From contig NC_087252.1 of the NCBI RefSeq assembly GCF_037042905.1, positions 20,400,001-20,464,000 of the forward strand: DNA of 64,000 bases, given 5' to 3'. This stretch comes from Lytechinus pictus. Lineage: Eukaryota. Positions 1 through 10,402 of this stretch are shown in pieces. The notes under the pieces were generated by a model that was given only the letters and a program-made list of their open reading frames with translations, was not told the DNA's origin and searched no databases. The first letter of the stretch is position 1. Each line of letters begins with the position of its first letter. The position numbers and the translations under genes are program-made.

Positions 1-393
1 AGTTATACATTGATAAAAAAGTTTGACTCATGTCATAGTCATTATTGTTATGATTAGATTACCCTATAGATGAATGCCACTTGTAACGATTTCAAAGTGA
101 GTTCGTACAGAAATCTATCAAATAAGAAAATTATGAAAAAGTAATGTTGTAGAAATAGTGTGATTGTTGATAAATTTGGAAAATATGCACAAGATTCGAG
201 CGATGTGCTTATCTGTTTTGGGCGATTTACAGTGCCTTTTCTCCGGCTTTGCTTTCATGATTTGACAAAGTTCAGTTCAATATACTTTAATAAATCTAGA
301 TGATATCGTAGATGATATTGAGACCTATATTTTAGTTTTACAGACCTTCTTGTGAAATCAGTGTTTACTGGAAATGCGTTCTTTCATCCTTAA
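1..393. mobile_element. End of a probable Kolobok-like non-autonomous DNA transposon (runs off the window edge)
   Basis: Ends ...CTTTCATCC|TTAA (revcomp TTAA|GGATGAAAG), a TTAA-flanked purine-purine terminus. The partner end is not in the window. Confidence 0.3.
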
Positions 394-602
394 TTCAGGA
401 AAGAACGAACAATTCTCTTTCATATAAACCATAATTCTCACTACGTATTTCTTTCTGTCTTTTACTATAAATATTTCTTTCTTTCTAACGTATTCCTCTT
501 TATTCTAAGGCAATTTAGTGGATTTGTATTTTCATATTTGACATATTTGTTCACACTCTTACTAATTGACTTTTTTGATTATTTCTTGTTTGTTACTTAT
601 AG

Positions 603-634
603 CAAGGAGATGTCACTTCAGAGACATGATAGAG
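603..634 (+). CDS. Possible small upstream exon of the death-domain-like gene (KEMSLQRHDR)
   Basis: A T-rich tract ends in TTATAG (AG at 601-602). The donor AG|GTGATA is weak. It ends in phase 1 and joins exon 981-1232 in frame. Confidence 0.3.
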
Positions 635-980
635 GTGATATCTCCTTTCGTATAACGAGCCCTACTCCCTTACCATTTCCTTCAAGTGCAATATTCTGTT
701 GTATTGTAACTTTGAATAACGTAAATTTTTACTGTTTTTAATAACTGTTTAAACAGCAAAATGAATAAAAATGATTAAATATAGGACTTGTATTGAACAT
801 GTTGACATTAGCCATTTGTTCCATTGTCTGCAAAGAAATCAGTGTATTCAGGTAATGAATTAAACAGTCCGTTAATGCATTAATTACTCAAATCATCGAT
901 AAATAAATGAATCAATAACTCACTCAATCACTCGTAATAAAGGCATTTTTTAAACCACTATTCTCATTTTTCTTGGTCAG

Positions 981-1232
981 GAAAGTTTCGGAAGAACGTC
1001 ATAAACAGCCGAGTATCAAAAATGCTAGCACAAACCATTTCAGACGGAGAAGTGGATAAACTGGCTTTAGTCCTTGGCAAGAAGTTGAAAAAAGATCTAA
1101 CCCCTTATGATGTTATAAACGCCTGGGTGACTGAAAATAAGTATTTCGGGTTTCTTCAGAAGAGTCCAATAACATTGAGCAACGAACTTCTCAAAGCAGG
1201 ATTCTATCCATTTGCTCATGAGATTATGACAG
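981..1232 (+). CDS. Internal exon encoding a death-domain-like helical module
   Basis: Acceptor TTTTTCTTGGTCAG| at 980, donor AG|GTAAAT at 1233; 252 bp, phase 1-1. Translation KFRKNVINSRVSKMLAQTISDGEVDKLALVLGKKLKKDLTPYDVINAWVTENKYFGFLQKSPITLSNELLKAGFYPFAHEIMT has the LAxxI..kLA..LG / L-x-x-W / L..aG...A..I spacing of death-fold domains. Confidence 0.6.
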
Positions 1233-1524
1233 GTAAATTTAAAATCATCTCGTGGAATTTTAATTGAATGTCAGGGACCATGAATGCTTTTAAATGTTAC
1301 AAGGGGGTGCGAGATGAACAATCATAAAATGACAAATTGTCTGTTGTTTTCGTACGTTTTGGGGGAATGTCTACCCCAAAAAAGTGCACGGGCGAGGGCT
1401 GGAGCCCTTTGCAGCTCAACCCCCGTTTCAGCTGCCGTGAGCGTTATTGAACTTTTGCGACGTTTAGTGAAAAACGGTTATATGCACGTCGTCATGACTA
1501 TACGCTAATGATGTCATGTTCCCA

Positions 1525-1763
1525 CACAGCAAAAAGTGTGGTGTTAACCAGTGTACATAGAGGACCACACCAATTATTTTACACCGGTGTTAAATTGGTG
1601 GTGTTAGTTTTACACATATAGGTGTTATTACAACACCTATGGTTGTTACATTTACACTCTTCAGTGTTATGTTCAATCTCTAGGGTGCTATTTTAACACC
1701 TCAAGGTGTGGTCCTCTATTAACACCAATTGGTGTCAGTTTTAACACCACAGTTTTTACAGTG
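1525..1763. mobile_element. EnSpm/CACTA-type MITE, copy 1
   Basis: Termini CACAGCAAAAA...TTTTTACAGTG, 2-bp TSD CA, internal inverted GAGGACCACACC/GGTGTGGTCCTC. Second copy at 14372-14612. Confidence 0.8.
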
Positions 1764-2430
1764 CACTCTACCTTATGTTATCACATGATATCATATTAAT
1801 TTCATATTTCTATACATTTTTGAATGATATTTCTCCATTATAATGAACTATGTTAAAGCAATGAATAATTCAATACCGAATGCATTAGATGCTTGTCCAA
1901 TCTTTTTAATTATCGGAGGAAAAAATATTACATGTAAATATACTATCATAAAATAAAATACCAAAGAACACATTGGGTTTTGGGTTTTTACATGAGTATA
2001 AAAGCAAATGTAAAATGAAGATCGTCCTGAAAAGTCATTCACTAATTGTTGAGATGTCAATAATATTAGCTGGAATTAGTTTTTTTACAAACTCAGAATA
2101 TGTTACAGAAGCAATCCAAAATGTGCTTTTAACACCAACACCAGACTTAAAAATCACCCATAAAATATTCATTATTTCACCAAATAATGAAAATCTTTAA
2201 AATGGCATAACCTTCTTCTCCTTGTCCGATTTACAATGTTTTGTTTATTTCTTTTTTCTTTATCAATCAAATCGCATTATGATTCACCTTGGAGTACTTC
2301 TTAAACGCAAATAATTTTATTACAAATAGACATTCTGATTATACCAGCTCTTCAAATACATAAATAAACTATGCCATTTTTCATTGACTGTTCATTTAAA
2401 TTATTTAATTATTCTAAAATACTTTTACAG

Positions 2431-2490
2431 TAACGCGCACAAAAATAAAACAAAACACGGAAGAAGAAACTGAAAATCAAGATCCAAACA
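2431..2490 (+). CDS. Possible 60-bp acidic exon (TRTKIKQNTEEETENQDPN)
   Basis: Acceptor CTTTTACAG|, phase 1-1, in frame with the flanking exons. The donor CA|GTTATT is weak. Confidence 0.3.
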
Positions 2491-2581
2491 GTTATTTCCT
2501 AATGACACGACGAGAAAGATGATGGGGCTGAAAGGCCGAACTTGATATTTTTACTTTAATCTGATATTATAATCCTTATAG

Positions 2582-2683
2582 GTGGATGGAAAGGAAAGGA
2601 AGTGATAAGAGTAGAAACTCTGGCAGTAGAGGCCGGGGATGAGAAGAATGACGACAGCATGAGTTGTGATCAGGAAGATCAAG
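2582..2683 (+). CDS. Internal exon of the death-domain-like gene (GWKGKEVIRVETLAVEAGDEKNDDSMSCDQEDQ)
   Basis: Acceptor CCTTATAG|, donor AAG|GTATAC, 102 bp, phase 1-1, open in the frame continuing from 981-1232; purine-rich against AT-rich flanks. Confidence 0.55.
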
Positions 2684-2744
2684 GTATACGTGAATTGATT
2701 TACATCATTTTCTCTTTATATTCAGGGATGATAAATTAATTCTT

Positions 2745-3111
2745 ATGTGAGCAGCCGATTTAAAAAATTCTTAAACCAAGATAAAACATGTGTACAAGGG
2801 CATTTATTAGAACTAACAAACCCTGAAAACAACCATTATTGAGAAAGAAAAGCTAAAACTACAAGGCAAACCCCGATTTTGTAAATAGGCGTCTACTAGA
2901 CACCTAAATAGTACACATAAGTGTATGGGATGACATTAAGGTGGTGTTTCCGGTCATTTTATATTTCAATTTTTGAAGCACTAAATAATTATTTTCGAAT
3001 GCAATTTTTTCTGGGCTTCATTTTTGTAACATATGAAAGACACTGGTGACATGTGCGACATTCTAACTCAGATTTTTTAAAATTCAAACCAATGTTAAAC
3101 AATCACTTTAA
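2745..3111 (-). mobile_element. Kolobok-like MITE, one end eroded
   Basis: Right end ...AACAATCACT|TTAA (TTAA target, AG terminus on the minus strand); internal near-palindrome TAGGCGTCTACTAGACACCTA. Confidence 0.5.
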
Positions 3112-4270
3112 ACGGAAAATTGTGTAAACTTTACTTAGGAATGAAACTGGCTCTATGTTTGTAAACAGATCTGGATTGAGATGGCAGAGTATGTCAAAAT
3201 GCAGTATTGCTAATGGATTTCATTGCTGGCTTTGTCTTACAAATAGTTCTGATTGATCTGTCCAGTCACACCTATGGCAAGCCAGTATCGCCCACATTTA
3301 CAATGCATATCTGTTAAAATATCTTATAGCTGGGAATGATAGTATTGCATGCATACTAATATATGTGTTTTTGTATATCTTAATTAACAGACAATGTCAA
3401 ATTTCAATTAGATGGGAAATATGACATTGTTGGATTTCCATAGTCAAAATTGAGTGGATCAAATATAATTCTTTGTCAGACGAGGCCCAGATATTTACTT
3501 CTTTTTTTTTCCGGCATCTATAGTGGTTTTTTTTTGGCAAATGAAAATATAATTGTAAATTATGTCATAATTTTACAGCATGAAACAAAGAAGAGAACTG
3601 AAAAGTAATACCTTAAGATCGGAATCAGGAAGCCAATTTGAATCCAACTTAATTTATTGCCAAACGCTCATGTATACATTCAGAATTATATAACTACAGT
3701 AGACTAATGAGGCCGGAGTTGATAATTTTTTTGCATTTGTATTTCATTGGCGAGGAAAAAAGAGGAAAAAAAAGAAAAAAAGAAAAAGGGTTAAAGAAGA
3801 CGAAAAAAGAGAAAGACAAGTGAAAAATATAAAGTGAGGGGAAGACATGGAAAATAAAAAATTATTTCATGTCACTACATAAAATTTTGGATCGCGATGT
3901 TGTGAGTTCGAATACCTACTCTGCCATTGTCTCCACTTTGATAAAAAGGCCCGAGAGTTATATCTGTCGTCCATAAGGTCAGTCACTATGACTGATTCGG
4001 GAGTTACCATAAACAGGAACAGAAATTTTCGCTCGCGCTTCGCGCTCGCATTGCATGTTCATCGGGATAGGCTAATTTGGAGCTCGAAATTTCAAGTTTT
4101 GAAGTCAATACTTTGGATAAAGTGTATCTAGAGCGCTGAGTCATAATAGCGCGCACGGAGCTGCGCTATGCCGACAATGTAAACCGGCCGCCATTATTAA
4201 ACATGGCAAATGTGCCCTTTGCCGCCTTATAGTAACGATGCCGGGTAAAAATCAGGCAGAAGGATAGGCT

Positions 4271-4372
4271 CGGTGTAAAGATGGCAGATGTAAAAATGGC
4301 AGAGGTAAAATTGGCAAAGGTAAAAATGGCAGAGGTAAAAATGGCAGGAGGTGACAATGGCAGAGTAAAAGT
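4271..4372 (+). repeat. 15-bp tandem repeat (GGTAAAAATGGCAGA)n
   Basis: About six units read directly; the same unit occurs at 26357-26545 and 36632-36820. Confidence 0.85.
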
Positions 4373-5279
4373 GAAAGATCATGACATGCTACATCAGCAA
4401 GGAAAAGATAGAGCCTTTCCAGTTAATATCAGTCATAATTATTGACCTTGAATGGACTCCTATCGACAAAATGAGTATAATTATGAACTGATTTTTGTTT
4501 TGTTTTCATTTAGGTCTATACTTTATCGTTGATATGATTAAACTCAAACATTTTCATGCCAAAATGATTTCTATTAGTGAGTGATGAAAGGATTTATCTT
4601 GGCTAGTCCGTATAGTAAAACAGCACTTCAACACATACATACCAAACGAATTGTAATGTAAACACTACACTGAAATAGACGAGTTCGGGATTTCTTTGAA
4701 CCACTTACATAACTTGGATAACATAAAAATAACAAAATGTTCTGTAATAAAAGTAATTTTTCATATTTCAATATCACAATGGATCCGAATAGATATTGAT
4801 ATGATACGTATATAGTTTAATGTATGATATAATAATAGCAACTAGTGTTTCAGAGTAATACCTTATTGCAACTAGTCCAAATGGATATCAGGGTAGCGTT
4901 TCATGAAAGAATTTGTCCCCAGGTTCCTTAACTAGTTTCTATGGTAACGGTTGACTCGTGAATTTTGAAATGTGTAGCCAATCAGGGATTTGAATTTATA
5001 GGCGTTTCTTAGGTACCGTTCTATCGACCCCTGTTTTGAAGGGGAAATTCACCATGACAAAAGGTTTACTGTGAAAATAGCAGAAAAAATATAATGGTAA
5101 AGGCTTGCGGAAACCCCATCAGAGATTAAGAAAGTTATTGGAAGTTTGAGTTTTTGATCTGTGATCTTGTGAAGTCTAAAAATGCCAAATTCTTCTAGAT
5201 GCGCAATTCTTAACATGCTTGAGAACATCATCCATTTTGGGTTAACTTTGAAGCTCATATTCCAAAAATTCAAGCACAT

Positions 5280-5850
5280 GGACCCATGTTAATTTTTGCA
5301 TATTTGGAATAATCAGGTGCTAAAGTATCTACGTGCGCGCAAAGTATGATGAAAATGACATGAATTTTCAAAGTTCGGGAGCAGGAATATGGAACCATTC
5401 GCATTTTAGACGGTAGCATCAGACTTTTGCACGTTTTAAGGGCATTTTGGGCTGTTTTAAGCCAACTCGCAATACTTTGGATAAAACGAGCATATGGACC
5501 CCATACTTTAAATGTCTTAACTTCTTCAAAATATATTCCTCTACAAATCTAGAGAGTATGATGAAAATGACATGGATTTTGAATGTTTGGGAACAGAAAT
5601 AAGGAACTATTCGTATTTTAGACATTTTGGGCGGTATTAGACTTTTGGACATTTTAGGTGCATTATAAACTGTTTTAAGCCAACTCGCAACACTTTAGAC
5701 ACTGATAGATTGATAACGAGCACATGGACCCCATATTTTTAACATTTTAACGTCTTCAGAATTCCTCTACAAATCTAGAGAGTATGATGAAAATGACATT
5801 GATTTTGAATGTTTGGGGCAAAAGTACGGAACCATTCGCATTTTAGATGG
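5280..5850 (+). repeat. Degenerate ~215-225-bp tandem repeat, about 2.5 units, probably transposon-internal
   Basis: GTATGATGAAAATGACAT...GGAAC(C/T)ATTCG(C/T)ATTTTAGA recurs at ~5344, ~5556 and ~5782. Confidence 0.75.
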
Positions 5851-6340
5851 CATATAATTAAATCTAATAATTTTCACGGAATATCATATCAAAATCTTTC
5901 ACGAAATTTGAATTTTGTAATGAACAAATCGAAATTTTTGCTCGCTCGCAACTTTTTATAAATTCTACATGATATGCAATATCTGGCCCCTCATAAATTT
6001 TCGATCATTACGCCACTGATAACAACTCAAGGCACATTACGTTGTAGTTATAAACTGTAATAATGATTTCTTTTTTGTGGGGGGGGGGGGCGCTGAATTT
6101 AAGAAAGGTTTTATTTAATAGTGGGTGTATGTGGACCTTAGATATTAGGATAACATTTTTCATGCCCGGTCAGCTCAATAGGATGCACCCGCTATAGTTG
6201 ATTTCAACTGGATTTAGGATGTTTGTATATTATGTGATCATTCGGCAAATGAGATAATAGCAATATTGATAATAATGACATCCCAATCTGACATCAAAAT
6301 ATATTGCCCCCATTTAAACTTTATGGTTTTCATTCAACAG

Positions 6341-6492
6341 GTGATGAACAAAAAGAAACAGACGATAACGGGATAAAGGAGAATTCGGAACAATCTCTCT
6401 CGTATTCGGAATCGCTAGACCCATTCGGAGACCCAGATGATGAATTGTTTGCCTGCTGGGAGGCCAGAGCAAATTTCAATTTTAACTATTAA
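6341..6492 (+). CDS. Probable terminal exon of the death-domain-like gene (acidic tail DEQKETDDNG...FNFNY*)
   Basis: Acceptor TTTTCATTCAACAG|; phase 1 start compatible with exon 2582-2683; stop TAA at 6490-6492. Confidence 0.5.
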
Positions 6493-7665
6493 ATTTGACA
6501 GATGTTGGACATGTTGGATGACCAGGTAGATGCTCCGAAACTGGAAGGGCAGAGCATTGCCCTTTAGCACTGTGACCACGTGGTATACTTAGCTTGGTGT
6601 AGCCTTTAATCGGTCGTTAGCGTGTTGTCACACCGGTAAGCAGAACGGATTCAAGAACAAGGTAAATGTATTGAAAACGCCCGTCAAATGATAATGAACA
6701 ACTGGGATGTCTTCGTCGAAATTGATGAACCGGAACAGCAATTCTTCTCTAAGTTTCAGATCTGACGAAAGATGGCAAATCTGTCGCTTGACATGTCCAG
6801 GACGAAACGGCTGTTTTGATTCACCAATTTTCGACAACATCTTGATGGTTTCTCTTTGTTATGAAGGGCATTTGACAGTATATTTTTTTTTAATCTTCTT
6901 GGAAGCGTTCTGTTTCGTCTTGTGAAAACTCTATAATGTTATTTTTAGCAGCACGTCGAGAAAGTGAGGTGTATGACAACATCCTTCCGAATTACTGACA
7001 AATTCATCCTGGCATGCCTGGGGAGCCAGTGCATGAACACTTACGGCACTTGCACTGCGCATTGCTGTTCTGCTGCAGAATGCCATGATGTTCTTGTCAG
7101 TCAAGCTGAATGTGGGGAATCTACCGTACTTCATCGGCCTACAGACTTTCCTATATACGGAATAAATGCGATATGACCCTGCCTGGCAGAGATCCCAAAT
7201 TAAACCAGAGAAAGGTTGGCTAAGGTCAACGAAAATAGATAATCTGTCCTTTATCAGGCATTCGGACCTTTCGCATCTACTACGGAAACACTCTCTAAAA
7301 CGCACCAGTTCCTTTGAAAATGCAAGTCAAATCACAATGGAGAGCTGAGGGACGTTTGCCGAAAGATGGCAGACGGGGACAGGATGGGAATCCCTTGACG
7401 CTGGAGCGACATTATTTGCTATTGTTCGTCCGATGCAAATCTTCTAATGATCTGCTGCTCCAGTTCACCGATTGTCTACAAAAGCCTCTCACCTCTTCAT
7501 TGTGATTTTATTTTCCATTTTCAAAGGAGTCGATGCGTTGTAGAGAGTATCCCCGTAGTAAATGCGAAAAGTCACTTTTGCCCTTCCTTATATACGTAGA
7601 TCAGTAAATGGCAGCCTGTTGCGACATGCAACCGAATGAAAAATATAAATCTAGGTTTTGTTTAC

Positions 7666-8446
7666 AGGTGCCGCTTTTCCTACGGCGGCGGTGGCGTCAA
7701 CATAAAAAAATGACATCATAACTTAAAGTAGTATATGGGCCTAGTTCATGAAACTTACACAATAAGGATAATGACGTATTACTAAACATTCTGCCAGAGT
7801 TTCAGATCAAATGACCAAGGTCAAAGGTCATTTAGGTTTAATGAACTTTGAACACGTTAGGGGAATTTGTTTAATTTCCATCGTAACTTTAACTTTTTTA
7901 TTGAACTAGTGACGTGGACAGAGTAATCAAGTATCACTGAACATCCTTTGCGAGTTTCAGGTCACATGACCAAGGTCATTTAGGGTCAATGAACTTTAGC
8001 AATGGTCTAGGTATTTGTTCAATTGCCATTACAACTTTGAAATTTTATGAATCTAGTTCATACAAATTAGACATAAGAGTACTCAAGTATCACTTAACAT
8101 CCTGTGCGAGTTTCAAGTCACATGACTAAGGCCAAAGGTTATTTAGGGTCAGTGAACTTTGGTCATGTTGGTGATATTTGCTGAAATGGCATCATTACTT
8201 AGAAAGTCTATAAGTTCTAGTTCATGAAACATAGACATAAGGGTAATCAAGTATGAATGATTATTTCACACACATCTTAGATCACATGATCACGGTCAAA
8301 GGTCATTTTTGGTCATTTGACATACTATTTTATTATCATATGAATGTTTTCTTTTGTGAATAATTATTCAATAAATGTTTTCAAAGTCATTACTGATGCT
8401 ATATCGAATCGCGTAATGCAGGCGAGACTGCTAGACGTGTCCTTGT
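7666..8446 (+). mobile_element. Helentron-associated non-autonomous element (HINE-like) with internal ~180-bp tandem repeats
   Basis: 5' GGCGGCGGTGGCGTC microsatellite-like tract; repeated GACCAAGGTCAAAGGTCATTTAGG units; 3' GCAGGCGAGAC subterminal motif followed by a short tail ending TTGT. The 5' partner of the subterminal repeat is missing. Confidence 0.6.
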
Positions 8447-8479
8447 CCAAACCCTTGCAAAACTTCCTTATGTGACTAT

Positions 8480-8699
8480 GGGGGTGTTGCAAGAAAATAT
8501 TTGCAATCAATTGCAAATATTCGGTTGCAATTTTACAACAGATAGATCAACGTTAGCTGTAGCAAATCAGATTAAACTTCTTGTTTCAAGGAGCAAATTA
8601 GCAATCAATCACTAATTTGCAATTAACTGCAAGACATATAATTGATTTAGGGACCAAAAATTGACTTGCAATTGATCGCAAGTTTCTTGCAACACCCCA
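8480..8699. mobile_element. PIF/Harbinger-like MITE
   Basis: TIR GGGGTGTTGCAAGAAA...TTTCTTGCAACACCCC; probable 3-bp TSD TAT. Confidence 0.75.
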
Positions 8700-8762
8700 T
8701 ATGATTGATATGTGTAAGTTACGCACAGTGTATAAATGTTAACCTTATCTTTGGTTCTTCTG

Positions 8763-8916
8763 GGGTCCGGTGCAGAAAGAGTTGCGTTTAAACGCAAGTC
8801 AAAAAATCAATCGCAAGTCCCAAATGCGCGCTGTTGATTGGTTGAAAATCAAGTTGCGCATGATTTTTTGATTTTTACATTTTTAGATTGACCGCAACTC
8901 TTTCTGTAACGGGCCC
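8763..8916. mobile_element. PIF/Harbinger-like MITE
   Basis: TIR GGGTCCGGTGCAGAAAGAGTTGCG...CGCAACTCTTTCTGTAACGGGCCC; 3-bp TSD CTG on both sides. Confidence 0.8.
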
Positions 8917-9369
8917 CTGCTTTGTTTGTTTGTCGGGTTTTTTTGTATGTGTCCGATCTCCTTGAATGCTAATTTCATAATTCTTTTAAAGGAACCTTCA
9001 GACTTTGCAAGTTCTGTTTTTTATGCAAGTTCCTTCATTTTTTAAGTTTGTATATATTGCCATTGTCATAATCTTCTATATTCTGTATGATAATCTAATG
9101 TATCAACTTTTTTGTATTATGTTGATATATATTTTGTGAAGTATGAGAATAATTTCAAATCGGAATAATGCCGAAACCATCGTCATGACAAGCTGCGTAA
9201 AAATAACAGCTACATGTACTCCTTGGCTACAAGCTACATACATGACATAGGAAACATGCAAGTTTTGCACAGAAATGGGCATATACAAATTCCACATGAA
9301 AAGTAGTGATGACTGATGACAGCATTAATTTGACTGTTCAATTCTACAAACCATGTCACATCTCCCCAT

Positions 9370-9566
9370 GCCCTAACCTCGGCGCTCAGTGCATTTCAAG
9401 GACTTGTTCCAGCTGGGTACCCCTCACCTCACCTGAGTTGAGTTAAGCACAATGTGGGTAAATTCCTTGCCGAAGAAAAACACGCCATTGCTGGGATTCG
9501 ACCCGCCCCCCCCCCCCCCTCGAATTGAAAAGCGAGAGTCGTAACCGCTAAACCACGACATCCCCA
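9370..9566 (-). mobile_element. tRNA-derived SINE (5' part)
   Basis: The minus strand has an A-box-like GTGGTTTAGCGGTT and a B-box-like GGGTCGAATCCC, then a GGCAAGGAATTTACCCAC...CAGGTG...GGGTACC SINE body. Paralogous copies at 18366-18535, 30342-30513 and 40631-40802. Confidence 0.75.
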
Positions 9567-10402
9567 CATACCGTAATACCATAATTATACCGTATTTTAT
9601 TATACCGAAATGAATGAAAAAAAAAACGAATATTAGACCAAGTGGTTATGAGACGAGGTGATGATTGAACCAAATGGTTGCTAGACAAAATGTTGATGGA
9701 CAGAATGGCATTAGACTAAATGAAGGTCGACCATGTGGTGAGTGGACGAGTTGGCAGTGGACGAATTGGCAATTTACCGTGATTACTGACCACTTTAATT
9801 CATGTCGCTCCCAACTTGCTATGTTGTATATACTGTTGAGATTATTGAAATTATTTTTATTTCTGCCATTTTTATATAATTTCTTATCTGGCTTCTTCCA
9901 CCTCATTCACACTCTCCCTCTGTACAGTTTATTACTATGTTGATTGAATTTGTTTACTATGTTCTGTAGAAATGCTGTTTTTATTTGTTTACTATATTGT
10001 ACATACAATCCTTTGTTTGGGTAAATATCTACATGTTATTTCTCAAGCATTATCCTGTCCATGCTTACTCATGGTTAGTTCGATATTCAATGCTTGGGAA
10101 GTCAAAGATGTAGAATGAAGGAATCCATCGAAGTGTTGAGGCCAAAAAAAAAACCTCTATAAAATCTACCTAAAATGTAACGGGCATGTACTACTTATCT
10201 AGATAATTTGCCATCGTGAGATACTCAAGCGCGCAAAAAGCAGCGCGCTTTATTTTATTTTCCATATTCGTGAGCGTGTTGTTCTTACGGTTGGTATAAT
10301 TGTGTCATCAGCGGTGTACTTTTGCTGTAGCTTCAACATCGCGTGTACGGCAGCATAATCCAGTATTTTCATATCGATGATAATTTGCAACAGGGTATTC
10401 GC

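Noticed and set aside
3391..3443. Alternative terminal exon (DNVKFQLDGKYDIVGFP*)
   Set aside because: It has a plausible acceptor and phase but is too short to tell from chance without transcript data.
6751..6825. Hammerhead ribozyme (CTGACGA...GAAAC), also in copies at ~18120, ~30095 and ~40385
   Set aside because: Stem II has no closing G-C pair after CTGACGA, and I found no stem I pairing around a UH cleavage site.
9490..9566. tRNA gene on the minus strand
   Set aside because: A and B boxes are present, but a poly-G tract disrupts the cloverleaf and the sequence runs into a SINE body.
10226..10250. Helitron 3' hairpin (AAGCGCGC...GCGCGCTT)
   Set aside because: The nearest CTAG is too far from the hairpin and is not followed by T, and no matching 5' TC end was identified.
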